From positions 124,001 to 188,000 of the forward strand of contig NIVC01000126.1 in the NCBI GenBank assembly GCA_002269645.1: DNA of 64,000 nt. The letters are read 5' to 3'. Origin of the DNA: Macrostomum lignano. Lineage: Eukaryota. Positions within the stretch are counted from its first letter, which is position 1. Each line of letters opens with the position of its first letter. The notes beneath the pieces are model-generated. The model made no database searches and was not told where the DNA came from. It saw only the letters and a list, made by a program, of their open reading frames with translations. Shown piece after piece: positions 11,871-22,560 of the stretch. The position numbers were made by a program, and so were the translations under genes.

Positions 11871-12613
11871 GCACCGCAGTGCACCCACCCCATTATCCTG
11901 TCTTTCCGTTGCATGGCAGCACGTAATTAAATGTGTCAAGTGTACAATTGATTCAATCGATTACTCGTTTATACGCAAAGCATCGAGAGAGTTTTTAATT
12001 GCATCCAAACTTTCTGACTAATGCCTTCGTGTGTTCCAAAGAAGGAGACACTGATTCATAGGGTGTGTACATTGACAAATGCAATTACAGCACGCAGGGT
12101 AGGGTTGGCTTTGGTAGACGCGCGGATTTGCTTGGTTCGCATTGTTCATATATGTGCATCGAAATTTTTTTCTTGCTAACTGCTTCTATGGAGATGTATA
12201 GATGACGTAATCAGAGATAGGGCTTTGGTTGGGGGAGGCTGGGTCCGTGCTGTGAAAAGATCTGCTTGCTTCGTCAAAATGTACATTGGGATTGAGAGAG
12301 AGGCCGGTCGAATTTCGTTGACAACTAGAAATGGAAAGGTTTGGTCAGAGAATAGGGGTGTATGTGTGTTTTGGCTTTATTCAAAATGGTCTGTGCTGCG
12401 AAGACGAGTCCATTGACCATTGGGTGTTTGCTGTTTTGCCAATTCAGTATACTGAACCTGTTAAACTGATTGCCTCATGAGTCACTTTTCTGGGGTATGT
12501 GTAGGAGAGAGAGGCCTGAGAGAGACAAGGGCTCGATTTGGGTGGGGTCCTCTGGCCCCATTCGTATTGGCTAATTTGGCGAATTGGCAAATCTACTTGC
12601 ATGGGTTAAATTA

Positions 12614-15600
12614 TTGAATATGGTCAGAGTTGAAGAATTTGGGGGATGAATCAAGAGGTAAAGTTGGCAAAAACAACACTGATTCACCACATCTAAAAGA
12701 TGACTGCTAGGAGCTTCGGAAATAAGACTACTGTACACAGCAGCATCAACAAAAGGTATTAAATTGTCAATCAAAATCGACCCGTAGATGTGCGATTTTG
12801 CATGGTTCACAGTGTTCATATGTGCATCGAAAAATTTTGTTTCTTGCTAACTGCTCCTATGGGAGGTGGATGACGGAATCAAGATAGGGTTTTGGTTGGA
12901 GGAGGCTCAATATATGAGGCTGTGCTGTGAAAATATCTGTTTGTACACTGAAATTGGAGAGGGAGGGTCGGAATTCTTTGACAGTTAGAAATGGTAAGGT
13001 CAGAGAGACAGGGACGAGTGGTTCTGTTCTACATGGGTCTGTGCTGTGAAGACGAGTCTAATATGACCATTGGGTGTTGGTTGTTTTGCCAATTCAGTAA
13101 TACACTAAACCTGTCCAGCTGTTTGCCGCATGAGTCACTTTTCTCGGTGGGTGCAGAAGGAGAGAGAGAGGTCTGGGAGGGACAGTTTAAATGTCAATCG
13201 AAATCAACGGGCCGCTTCGCCGACTGTATATGTTAAAATTATTATAGCTAGGTTTATAGCAAACTGTGCGTTTTAACCCAATATTCAAGAATAATCCCTT
13301 CCCTGACTTCTTGAGGGGTATTGCACGTACCAAATACATACATTTGAATGATGAAACAGCATTTTTGACGATTAAGTTGTAAAAATTATGGTTTCTGCTG
13401 ATGAAGTGATTAATTTTGTTCAATAAAGTCAGCATTTTAACGTTAAAAAGAGTAAAAACTGTGAAAATTGACCTTTTTAAAACGAAAATGTGCAATTTCT
13501 AGTAATTTAGCTTTCAATGAAAATGTCTTGGGTGGAATTCCAACTTGGGCCGGGGTGTGCATATGGAGATCAGTGTGTGACTCATTCCTGCTCGAAAGCT
13601 GTCTCTTGCCAACTTTGAAATCAGCATTTGGACAAATTAGCGGTTGAAATTATGGCTTTTGGGATGAAACTACTAAGTTTGACCAATACATTTCGCATTT
13701 TAACGTTAGAAAATAATAAAACTGTGAAAATTGTCATTTATTAAACGAAAGAATGAGCAATTCTAAAAATTCAGCTTTAAAAAACCCTGGCTTCAGTGGA
13801 ATATTGGACTGGCTGGGGTAATCCGTGTGCTATTATAATTCCTGCTCAAAGCTGTCTCAGAGTTCCAGAAGTAGCATTTGTGATAATTTTGTGTTAAAAT
13901 TGTGGTTTTTAGTGATGAATTACTGATTTTGATCAATAAAGTCTGCATTTTAACGAAAAAAATGCGTAAAAACTGTGAAAATTTGTGTTTTCTTATGAAA
14001 AAATGCTCATTTCTAGCAATTTAGTCTTCAACAGCCGTCTTTAGATGATTTTGGGCTAGCTTGTGTATGTTCGTGGGGGGGGGGGTTCATTCCTGCTTAA
14101 AAGCTGTCTAAGGTCAAGTTGAAAGCGATATTTGGACAAATTAGTTGCTGAAAGTATGGTTTCTAGTGATGAAACTACTGATTTTGATCAATAAAGTCTG
14201 CATTTTAACGTAAAAATGCATAAAAACTGTGAAAATTTGTATTTTCTTATGAAAAAATGCGCATTTCTAGCAATTTAGGCTTCAATAGCCATGTCTTTGG
14301 ATGATTTTGGGCTGGCTTGTGGATGTTTGTGTGGGGTTCATTCCTGCTTAAAAGCAGTCTAAGGTCAAGTTGAAAGCGACATTTGGACAAATTAGCTGTT
14401 GAAAGTATGGTTTCTAGTGATGAAACTACTGATTTTGATCAACAAAGTCTGCATTTTAAGGTTAAAATCGTAAAAAAAACTGTAAAAAGCTGCATTTTAA
14501 TGAAAAAATGTGCATTTCTAGTCATTTAGCTTTTAAAATAACCAAATTTCTTGTCTGAAATTCCAATTTTACTTTGTATGGAGAGGTCAGTGCATGATTC
14601 ATTCCTGCTTCTAACAGATTAAACCGACCGTCTCAAAGACCAAGTCTGAAAGCTTGAAGTGAGAAGGTAGGGGAGGCGGAGAGGCAGAATTGAATAGCCT
14701 CACGTATTTAAATATGTGGACTTCACTACTTCTAGTATAACGCAAGGGTGACTTATACAATTTACAAAGTTTAGAATCAAGTAAATCAGAATTGCATGCG
14801 TAGAGACACTGATTCATAGGCTGTGTACATTTACAAATGCAGCTGGGGTTTGTCAATGCAGGTAGAGGTTGGCGGACTCGGATTTGCTCGCGGGGTTGAT
14901 GTGTGCATTAAAAGTTGGTTTCTTGCTAACTGGGGCGGCATGGATGACGTAATCGGAGAAGAGAGGGGTTTTGAAGTTTAATATATGGTCTGTGCTGTGG
15001 AAAGATCTGTCTGTACACTGAAAATGGAGAGAGGGTCGAAATTCCTTGGCATTTAGAAGGGGGACAGAGAAAACAGGGGCGAGTGTTAAAATTTAGCTCG
15101 ATTTGTTATGGGGTCTGCGCTGTGTCTGGTAAACATCGGAGGGGTGGCTGTTTTCGAACAGGGTTGAATTTGACTATGGTCCGAGTTAAAGGGTGATTCA
15201 ACATTCAGTATAGGAGCTTCGAGGGGTGAGGATATACCGTAAAGCAGTAGCAGTTGATAATTACCAATTAAAGGTATTGTATCATCCACACTGTCAATAT
15301 AGAAATATAAAGCACTGCTTCAACACAGTCCTGCATTTGGGGTCTGACTTGGGGAGAGGCTTGGATGACGCAACCTCCACCCCATCGCTTGGCGAGTTTG
15401 TACAGGCCCGCCTCTATATGAAAGTATGTGTATTTTATAAGTGATTTTGAATAAATTATCAGCATATTCAAACCTACAGTCTCCGAGGGTGAAAATGTAC
15501 ATACCTAATTTTTGGAGTATGTAGCGGATATGAGTATAGAGGCTATCGATGTACATATAGACTCCGATCAGTATTATTCAAATCTGTCTGAGAAATGTAC

Positions 15601-16028
15601 ATTGGAAATATACATTTACGTTGTGAGCTACACTGTTAGTTGACTCATTTGGTAGTAGATGAGATTAGTAATTCTCGCCTCTGCGTACATGTAGTATTGT
15701 ACATGTAATTTTGGTGCGCGCTCAGACCGTCTGGGGATGACACTGTAGATTAATGTGAGTGTACATATAGAATTGGGGATAGACAATTTGAGATATGGAT
15801 TAATGTACATGGAATTAATGTACATATCCAATTTGAGATAGATAGGGATTATTGAACATGGAATTAATGTACATATATGAGCACATGGATTATTACGACT
15901 ACATATTGCCACATCACGCTTAGGATAGCGTTTTTGTATACTACTTACTTCATTTTCAGATAGTAGTATAATTTGCGTTTTTTGCGTCAGAATTCTGAAA
16001 ATCGACAACAATCTGCACATTACGTAGT
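12614..16028 (-). repeat. Right inverted arm (3415 bp)
   Basis: Spot comparison with the left arm found three homopolymer-length differences (C14 vs C11, T4 vs T5, C4 vs C3) and a few substitutions. Confidence 0.95.
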
Positions 16029-16120
16029 TACATGGCACATATAGAGGCCCTTATTGTTCCAAAATCAGCTTGGTACGTGTGGACAGTGAAAGAATCGTGA
16101 GCTCAACCAGGCTGGGATGA

Positions 16121-17182
16121 TTAAACCATGGATTGCTCCTCTGCTTTAAATTTGGGGGTGCAATTTTGCCCCGCGAAGCCCCCGCGTTCGCACCGATTGG
16201 CTACTGAAGATTCCTTAGTTGTCTATGGCAAAAACGTACTGTAAGATACAGTTCTTATGTACGGAAGTCTCCTAAATATGAATACATGTAACAATTTTAT
16301 AGCTAGCTGATTAACTAAATAGATTTTCTTTGAAACTTTCGTATTCAGTTTTCCACGCACATGCACTTCTCCTCAGTTGTCTGAATTACTACTCCAGAGG
16401 CAAATGCCTTTTACACTTGGCCTTTAGAAATCTTTCGACCCGATGGCGTCGCTTTCTAGATAGAATAAGGCTTCGATCTTTTGTTTGAATCAGCTGCTTT
16501 AAGCTTCGTTTGGCAAATGGATGCAAATCTCCGCGGTGTTATTGTCCAACTGCATGAGTCTTCAGCATCAAAGCGCTGCAGGACTGGTGGAGAATCGGGC
16601 CATTTCGTACTTCTGAACCGCTCCCGGTCTCAATATTTTTCTACTCTTACTGTACATTCATGTACCAGCTGAGCTTGGCTACCCTGTGCCAAAGTAAGAA
16701 AATTTTCGTTCTTGAATGGAGCTAGCTCACACAGGTGTACCTTTTTTGATATGTCGGTGCGAATTCTCGATCTGTTTTATAATAATTTCAACGTTGTCGA
16801 GCCAAATAGCCAGCCCTTGTGCATCTTTGACAGGATAAGCAAATAAAGACACGCCATCGCAGTTGTTTACATATTACAAATTTGATGTGCACGATTTTGG
16901 CCTGCATGCCCCAACGTACATGTACTTACAGCTTTTTTTAAATCATTGTAGCCATCTGCAGGACACTGCATGACCGACGAAATGCGGACTCAATTTGACA
17001 GCTCTCAGGGAAGGGTTTACTATGTATGAAACAACCCATTGCAGCAATTACACACAACTTTTTTTATAACCATATAGACAACTAATTAAGGAATCTTCAG
17101 TAGCCAATCGATGCGAACGGGGGCCTCGCGGGGCAAAATTGCAAACTTTGAATTTAATGCAGACGAGCAATCCATGGCTTTA
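16121..17182. mobile_element. ~1.06-kb non-coding element with ~110-bp imperfect inverted ends (MITE-like)
   Basis: 16123-16228 aligns with the reverse complement of 17070-17181 (CCATGGATTGCTC...GCAATTTTGCCCCGCGA...GATTGGCTACTGAAGATTCCTTA). No clear TSD. Confidence 0.6.
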
Positions 17183-17397
17183 TTCAGAAAAGGTAGTTAA
17201 ATATTATTTTGTCAATGTAACAAATATCTAGTATAATTGAGGATTGTTCTCCATAATAGGCGATTTTTGTAAAAAGATATAGTATTTTTGAAAGCGCGTG
17301 ATATTTTAAAGCGTGAAAAACAAGCATTAACACACTTCGAACGAACTTAACGTCTAGCGATTAACGACGAATTAAATAGGAAATTAAAAAGACAGTA

Positions 17398-17503
17398 AAT
17401 GAATAAACAACTGAAAAGCGGATTTATTACACTGCTGATATATCTGTTTCAATGAATAAACAACTGAAAAGCGGATTTATTACACTGCTGATATATCTGT
17501 TTC
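17398..17503 (+). repeat. Exact 53-bp tandem duplication
   Basis: AATGAATAAACAACTGAAAAGCGGATTTATTACACTGCTGATATATCTGTTTC occurs twice, starting at 17398 and 17451. Confidence 0.9.
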
Positions 17504-17989
17504 AGTTTGCATAACTGTTTTAGCTATTCATGACTTCATATATTTTAGCTACACCAGTGAGCTCTTTTCTGACTCTTTTTTCATTTGTAGCATATCCTAT
17601 CTTGTGTACTTGCTTGTCAAAATACTTTTTGTTACAAGTTTTTTTAAATTTTATTGTTTACAATTTAAACAAAGGAAAGTAGATTTTTAATAAATCGGCG
17701 AGATAAGATTTAAAATCCAACCATACGAAATTGTAAAAACGTCTTTAAGAACAGCGTTTTGAACCCTGGCTTTCTTAATGTTTTTGACAGTATTACGTAT
17801 TTTTTTCTTTTTGAGTGCTGACAGATATATGTTAGTCAGATCAGGTCAATCATTGATACTGTGTACCGTATGCAGTTTAGTAGGCCTACTTTTTATTATA
17901 GTAGCACTACCAGTAGGGGCCAATACAATATAAGCCTGCGTGCTGTGTATGGCTAGTCATAGGCTCATTTTATTTATTATAGGGGCCTA

Positions 17990-20479
17990 GAACTAGAAAC
18001 CATCGCGCAGCGAGACACTCTGGTGGTGCTTGGCGATCTGAATGCGGTGATGCGTCGATCCGCTAGCGCCCCTTATGTGACTTCACGCGAGAATCCAAAC
18101 ACTGATGCGCTGGTGAGTCTGACAGAGCAGCACGATCTGGTGTCCGCAAATACCACCTTCCGCAAACCTGCCAGCCGGCTCGCGACCTTTACCGGCTGTA
18201 AACGGAGAAGGCGAAATGCAACCGGCCGTAACGCGACTTGCAGGCTAGCGCAGTTAGACCACGTGCTACTGCGCACTCGCGAACGCCGCCGAGCATTGAA
18301 TTGCGACACCGTCAGACCACTGGCCGTGGGGTCAGACCATAAGTTGCTGTTCTGTGACTTGCGTCTCCGTGACCCCCTGTACCGACCACCGAAGAAAAGA
18401 CCGAGGCGTTTCTTTAGAGCACTGCGGAACCCAGCAACTAGGAACCGCTTCTCTCGCGCCTTCTCCACCGCGCTGGGCGACACCCACAACGCTCAGTATG
18501 GTGACATATGCGACGCAATCCACACCGCGGCGGAAAGCACGCTACCACTCGTGCGTCCACCGCAGCGCTCACAACCAGTGTGGATGAGCGACCCAGCGAT
18601 CAGAGAGGCCCAAGATCGAGTGCAGCGACTCAGGAGGAGCAGGCACACAACAGACGAGGCGGAAAAGGCCCTCGCCATTGTCTACAAAGAGCAGCAGCTG
18701 GCTGCCGTGAGCGAGGCCATCCGCGCCGTCACCTCCGCCGCCCCGGACAGGAAAAGCGGCACCGTGTGGACTGCCATCAACACCCTCACTGGCAGGAAGC
18801 AACGCACGGCGCTCAACCTGGTTGGGGACACGCCGGATGAGCGCAAGAACAGCCTGCGGGACTTTTTCGCTAGCATAGTGAATGCGCCACCACCTGCGCT
18901 CCCTGATGTGCTGGCGCTGCCCCCTGACACGCCACTGCCGCCTCCGCATCATTTCTGTACCGGCCATGTGACCGCAATCGATGTTTGTCAGCTCGCCAAG
19001 AAGATCCCAGGCGGCAAGGCAACGGGTCCCGACGAAGTTCCCAACGAGGTGCTCAGACTGCCCAAGGTCGCCCAGGAGATCGCCAGGGTGATCAACAACG
19101 TTCTCGATACTGGCGTCGCACCTCCGGAGTGGACCCGAGCACATATCGTCGGAATCCCCAAGAAGCCGGGCACCAACAAGATTGAAGAACATCGGGGCAT
19201 CTCCCTGATGTCCTGTGCCGCCAAGCTGCACAACAAGCTGCTACTGTCGCGCTTGCAGCCAGTGCTGGACCCTTACCTGCGGTACGAGCAGAATGGGTTC
19301 CGGCCACGACGTGGTACAGTCACGCAAATTCTGGCGCTCCGGAGAATTATCGAGGAATCGCGCATTCGCCAGTCGGACCTTTTCTGTCTGTTCATCGACT
19401 TCCTGAAGGCTTTCGACTCGGTGGCTCGAGGCGTGATTCCACTAGTTCTCCGAGCCTACAACGTGCCAGAGAAACTGATTGCAGCAGTGATGGCGCTCTA
19501 CCACGACACGCACGCTGCTGTGATCACACCTGACGGCCTTTCCGACTTCTTCACCACCTCATCCGGAGTCCTGCAAGGAGACACCCTCGCTCCCTTCCTG
19601 TTCATCCTCATCTTGGACTGGGTGCTGCGGACAGGACTACCGGACAACTCGGACGGCTACATCCTATGCAGGCGAACGAGCAGCCGGCACCCGGAGAAGC
19701 GGCTGGCAGTCCTCGGATATGCTGATGACCTCGCCCTGCTGGCATCCACTGCTGCTGGTGCTCAACGCCTCCTCGACGGCCTAGCTGCTGCCGCTGCGAA
19801 GGTTGGCCTTAAGATCAACGCCAAGAAGACGGAGGTCCTGACTGTGCCAGCCGATCTGCCAGCGGTCATCCGCCTTCCCAGCATGGACAGCGCAACGGCA
19901 GCACCGCTCCCCCGATGTGAGCAGTTCCGGTACCTTGGTGGTCTCGTGCCCAGCGTCCAGGAGGACCTGCGGCGTCGCAGAGGGCTTGCGTGGGCGGCTT
20001 TCCGCTCAGTGCGCATCGTGCTCCAAAGCGACGCCCTGCCAGACCAGCTGAGAACCAGACTGTTCCAGGCGGTGGTGGAAACGGTGCTCTTCTACAACGC
20101 CGAGACCTGGACCATGACGGATGTGCTGGAGCGCCAGCTGGACGCGGCGCACTCCAGCCTGCTGCGCGCTGCCTTCAGCGTGCACCGTCACGCCGAACAC
20201 GTCACCAACCAGGCTCTCTACCAGCGGGCCAAGCTGAGCCCTCCCAGCGTGACCCTGCGACAGCGCCGCCTGAAGCTGGCGGGCCACGTCATTCGCGCCG
20301 AGTCCTACTGCCCGGAGCCGCTGCAGGAGGTCTTGCTGTACACGCAGCAGGGCCCGTTCCGGCGGGGGCAGGCGCGGACCCGGAGGTTCGTCGACTGTCT
20401 GACAGAAGACGCCAGGGCGCCTGATCAGATCAATGGCGCTACCTTCATCAGAGACTGCGCAGCTAAGCGTGCTTTTTGA
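17990..20479 (+). CDS. APE endonuclease (C-terminal part) plus reverse transcriptase ORF of the LINE
   Basis: APE motifs LGDLNA, QLDHVL and SDH. RT motifs RGISL, QNGFR, FIDF.KAFDSV, GVLQGD and YADD. No internal stop. Confidence 0.92.
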   Translation, partial: ELETIAQRDTLVVLGDLNAVMRRSASAPYVTSRENPNTDALVSLTEQHDLVSANTTFRKPASRLATFTGCKRRRRNATGRNATCRLAQLDHVLLRTRERRRALNCDTVRPLAVGSDHKLLFCDLRLRDPLYRPPKKRPRRFFRALRNPATRNRFSRAFSTALGDTHNAQYGDICDAIHTAAESTLPLVRPPQRSQPVWMSDPAIREAQDRVQRLRRSRHTTDEAEKALAIVYKEQQLAAVSEAIRAVTSAAPDRKSGTVWTAINTLTGRKQRTALNLVGDTPDERKNSLRDFFASIVNAPPPALPDVLALPPDTPLPPPHHFCTGHVTAIDVCQLAKKIPGGKATGPDEVPNEVLRLPKVAQEIARVINNVLDTGVAPPEWTRAHIVGIPKKPGTNKIEEHRGISLMSCAAKLHNKLLLSRLQPVLDPYLRYEQNGFRPRRGTVTQILALRRIIEESRIRQSDLFCLFIDFLKAFDSVARGVIPLVLRAYNVPEKLIAAVMALYHDTHAAVITPDGLSDFFTTSSGVLQGDTLAPFLFILILDWVLRTGLPDNSDGYILCRRTSSRHPEKRLAVLGYADDLALLASTAAGAQRLLDGLAAAAAKVGLKINAKKTEVLTVPADLPAVIRLPSMDSATAAPLPRCEQFRYLGGLVPSVQEDLRRRRGLAWAAFRSVRIVLQSDALPDQLRTRLFQAVVETVLFYNAETWTMTDVLERQLDAAHSSLLRAAFSVHRHAEHVTNQALYQRAKLSPPSVTLRQRRLKLAGHVIRAESYCPEPLQEVLLYTQQGPFRRGQARTRRFVDCLTEDARAPDQINGATFIRDCAAKRAF

Positions 20480-20549
20480 CAATGTCCCCCCCTTTCCTGA
20501 CCACTTGTGGCCGGTGGCCATTGTATTTTATTGTATTATTGTATTATTG
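17990..20549 (+). mobile_element. 5'-truncated RTE-clade non-LTR retrotransposon
   Basis: 10-bp TSD TAGGGGCCTA (17980-17989 and 20550-20559). Short TATTG(TAT) tandem tail. The ORF is open from the first base of the element. Confidence 0.9.
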
Positions 20550-21209
20550 TAGGGGCCTAATAAAATAGCCAATAGGCTTACTAGTAGGCTAGGCCTAATT
20601 TTAAATAAAGACCTTGTGGCCTAGGGTGACAGTTTGTCTGCTGCATCCTATGAAGACAATACTTAGCAATGAAGCATGTATTGGGGTAAAGAACAGTATT
20701 TGCTGCTAAAAAATAGGCATCTATTTTAACCATTTAGTGCTACTTTTGTTTGTTTAAATAAATATGGACAGTCAACAGTTAGAAGTTTTGAATATATTTG
20801 AATATATGTTTGGTAAAAATTTCATACAAAGTTTGAAGTTCATATAGTTTTAAGAGGCACTAGAAAATATGGGTCAAATAAAAATTCATAGCAAAAAATA
20901 GGAGATAGAAAGACTGCAATAAAAATTTGGCATTCTTTTGTTTTATGATCCCCTTACATTATACAATCTCCTATGTAAAAGATAGGAGTCTTGTTTGCAT
21001 ATCAGTGTGAAAGTATATTTGAAGCGCAATTACCCTAATTAATTGTAAGCCACAATTCTTAGCAAGACTCCAAGAGTAGGGATTTATCTATATTCACTTT
21101 TGTTAGGCCCTATACAATTATTCAAATGGAGGAAATGATGAAATGTATAGAAAGGGATTGAATAACAAAACTTGGGCTTTTCATCAATTTTATAATATGA
21201 TCTGCCAAG

Positions 21210-21614
21210 TAGAGGTCAGACGGGATTGAAATCTTCGGGCGGGATCGGGATCGGGAATAATTTTTTTCTCGGGATCGGGATCGGGATCGGGATCGGGATT
21301 CGGGAATTGGGATCAGGTCTTTTAGTGTATTGTCCATGTAAAGTTAAACAAAATTGAGAAAAGATTGTCAAGATCAAGAAGTAAAACATAACAAAATTGA
21401 TATGAAGTTTTGTAACCAACAAAGTAAATAATGTAACAAGTATAAGTTAAAGCAAAATACTTTCAAGTAATCACTAATTCTATAAATTATTAATTGAAAG
21501 ACCTGTTCCCGAATCTCAAGTTTTTTAGGGTTGGGATTCTGGTCCCGCGGGAATTCAATTTTCCTTGGGATCCCAAGATTTTGGGATTGGGATTGGGATC
21601 CCGTCTGACCTCTA
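21210..21614. mobile_element. hAT-type MITE, 405 bp
   Basis: 17-bp TIR TAGAGGTCAGACGGGAT / ATCCCGTCTGACCTCTA. 8-bp TSD CTGCCAAG (21202-21209) / TTGCCAAG (21615-21622), one mismatch. Subterminal (CGGGAT)n hexamers. Confidence 0.85.
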
Positions 21615-21869
21615 TTGCCAAGTTAAAAATTTGTTTACAGGGGATAGGAGGATCGTATACCTTGTATAATCCCTTGTCTAGACTCTAGGCTACCTAATAG
21701 AGATTCCACAAAAGTAAGTCGTGATTTTTTGGTATCTCTCCTTTCTCTTTTTTTAAAGCCCCCTCACTTTCATTATACAATCCCCAACAGTGTGAAACAA
21801 TGTTGTCTATACTATAAAGAGATTGTAAAATGAAAGAATCTTTCCACCATATCATTGTAAATGTTGAAC

Positions 21870-22130
21870 ATTAAAGAGCCACCATGTCAAACATATATGC
21901 GACTCTATGTCAAACATAGAAGAGCCACCATGTCAACATTAAAGAGCTACCATGTCAACAATAGAAAAGCCACCATGTCAAACATTAAAGAGCTATCATG
22001 TCAAACACAAAAGAGCCATCATGTCCAACATAGAAAAGACACCATGTCAAATATTAAAGAGCCACCAATTCAACATAACAGAGACACCGTTCCACACATA
22101 AAAAGAAGTGTCATGCCAAACAAAATAGAG
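21870..22130 (+). repeat. Degenerate ~22-bp minisatellite (AAAGAGCCACCATGTCAAACAT)
   Basis: Repeated GAGCCACCATGTCAA core. Confidence 0.75.
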
Positions 22131-22179
22131 CCACTATAAAGCTAAAGAAATTGTTGCACTAGCTTCTTGTTCTTTGGTA

Positions 22180-22560
22180 GATGCTTGCTATTTAAGGATA
22201 GATACTTGCTATCAGGGGTATGCTTGCTATCTAAGGGATGCTTGCTATTAGAAGAATGCTTGCTATTGGGAGATGCTTGCTCTTGGGGGGGGGGTGGAGG
22301 GTACTTGCTATATGAGAGGGGGTTGCTAGATATCTATAAGGTCTCTTTGTATCCAGGTTATGCTTGCTATCTAGGATTGCTTGCAGTCTGGGAGATGCTT
22401 GCTATCTAGGGGATGCTTGCTATCTAGGGTCTGGGGGATGCTTGCTATCTGGGGGATGCTTGCTATCTGGGGTTGCTTGCTATCTGGGGAATGCTTGCAG
22501 TCTTGGGGATGCTTGCTATTTGAAGATTGATACTTGAATGCTGTCTAGGGATGCTTGCTG
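22180..22560 (+). repeat. Degenerate ~17-20-bp minisatellite (GGGGATGCTTGCTATCT)
   Basis: Repeated ATGCTTGCTA core. Confidence 0.8.

Larger units (their letters stand above)
5516..11881 (+). mobile_element. CACTA/EnSpm (CMC superfamily) DNA transposon, 6366 bp
   Basis: Left end CACTGTGAATCAAAAAGGTCCAA. Right end reverse complement CACTGCGGTGCAAAAAGGTCCAA. 2-bp TSD CA (5514-5515 and 11882-11883). Many GGACC/GGTCC subterminal motifs in both orientations. Two co-directional ORFs. Confidence 0.9.
1599..16028. mobile_element. Giant foldback-type element with ~3.4-kb terminal inverted repeats, hosting a nested EnSpm element
   Basis: 1599-5016 is the reverse complement of 12614-16028, and the ORF track is mirrored (e.g. 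2071..2307+ and 15320..15556-). Ends read ACTACGTAATG...CATTACGTAGT. TACATG flanks both ends (1593-1598 and 16029-16034). Confidence 0.85.

Noticed and set aside
10939-12416. ORFs 10939, 11719, 11726 and 12225
   Set aside because: They lie in the EnSpm 3' or subterminal region and the foldback spacer, use non-ATG starts, and have repeat-derived composition.
1599-16028. Calling the outer element a Polinton/Maverick
   Set aside because: The 6-bp TSD fits, but there is no integrase, polB, ATPase or capsid ORF, and the ends are AC...GT rather than AG...CT. Left unclassified.
1599-16028. Missed-adapter (palindromic read) assembly artefact
   Set aside because: The arms are separated by 7.6 kb of unique sequence, differ by substitutions, and are flanked by a direct repeat. 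Read-level confirmation is still needed.
18073-20521. Many alternative-frame and antisense ORFs over the RTE
   Set aside because: An expected by-product of the GC-rich coding sequence.
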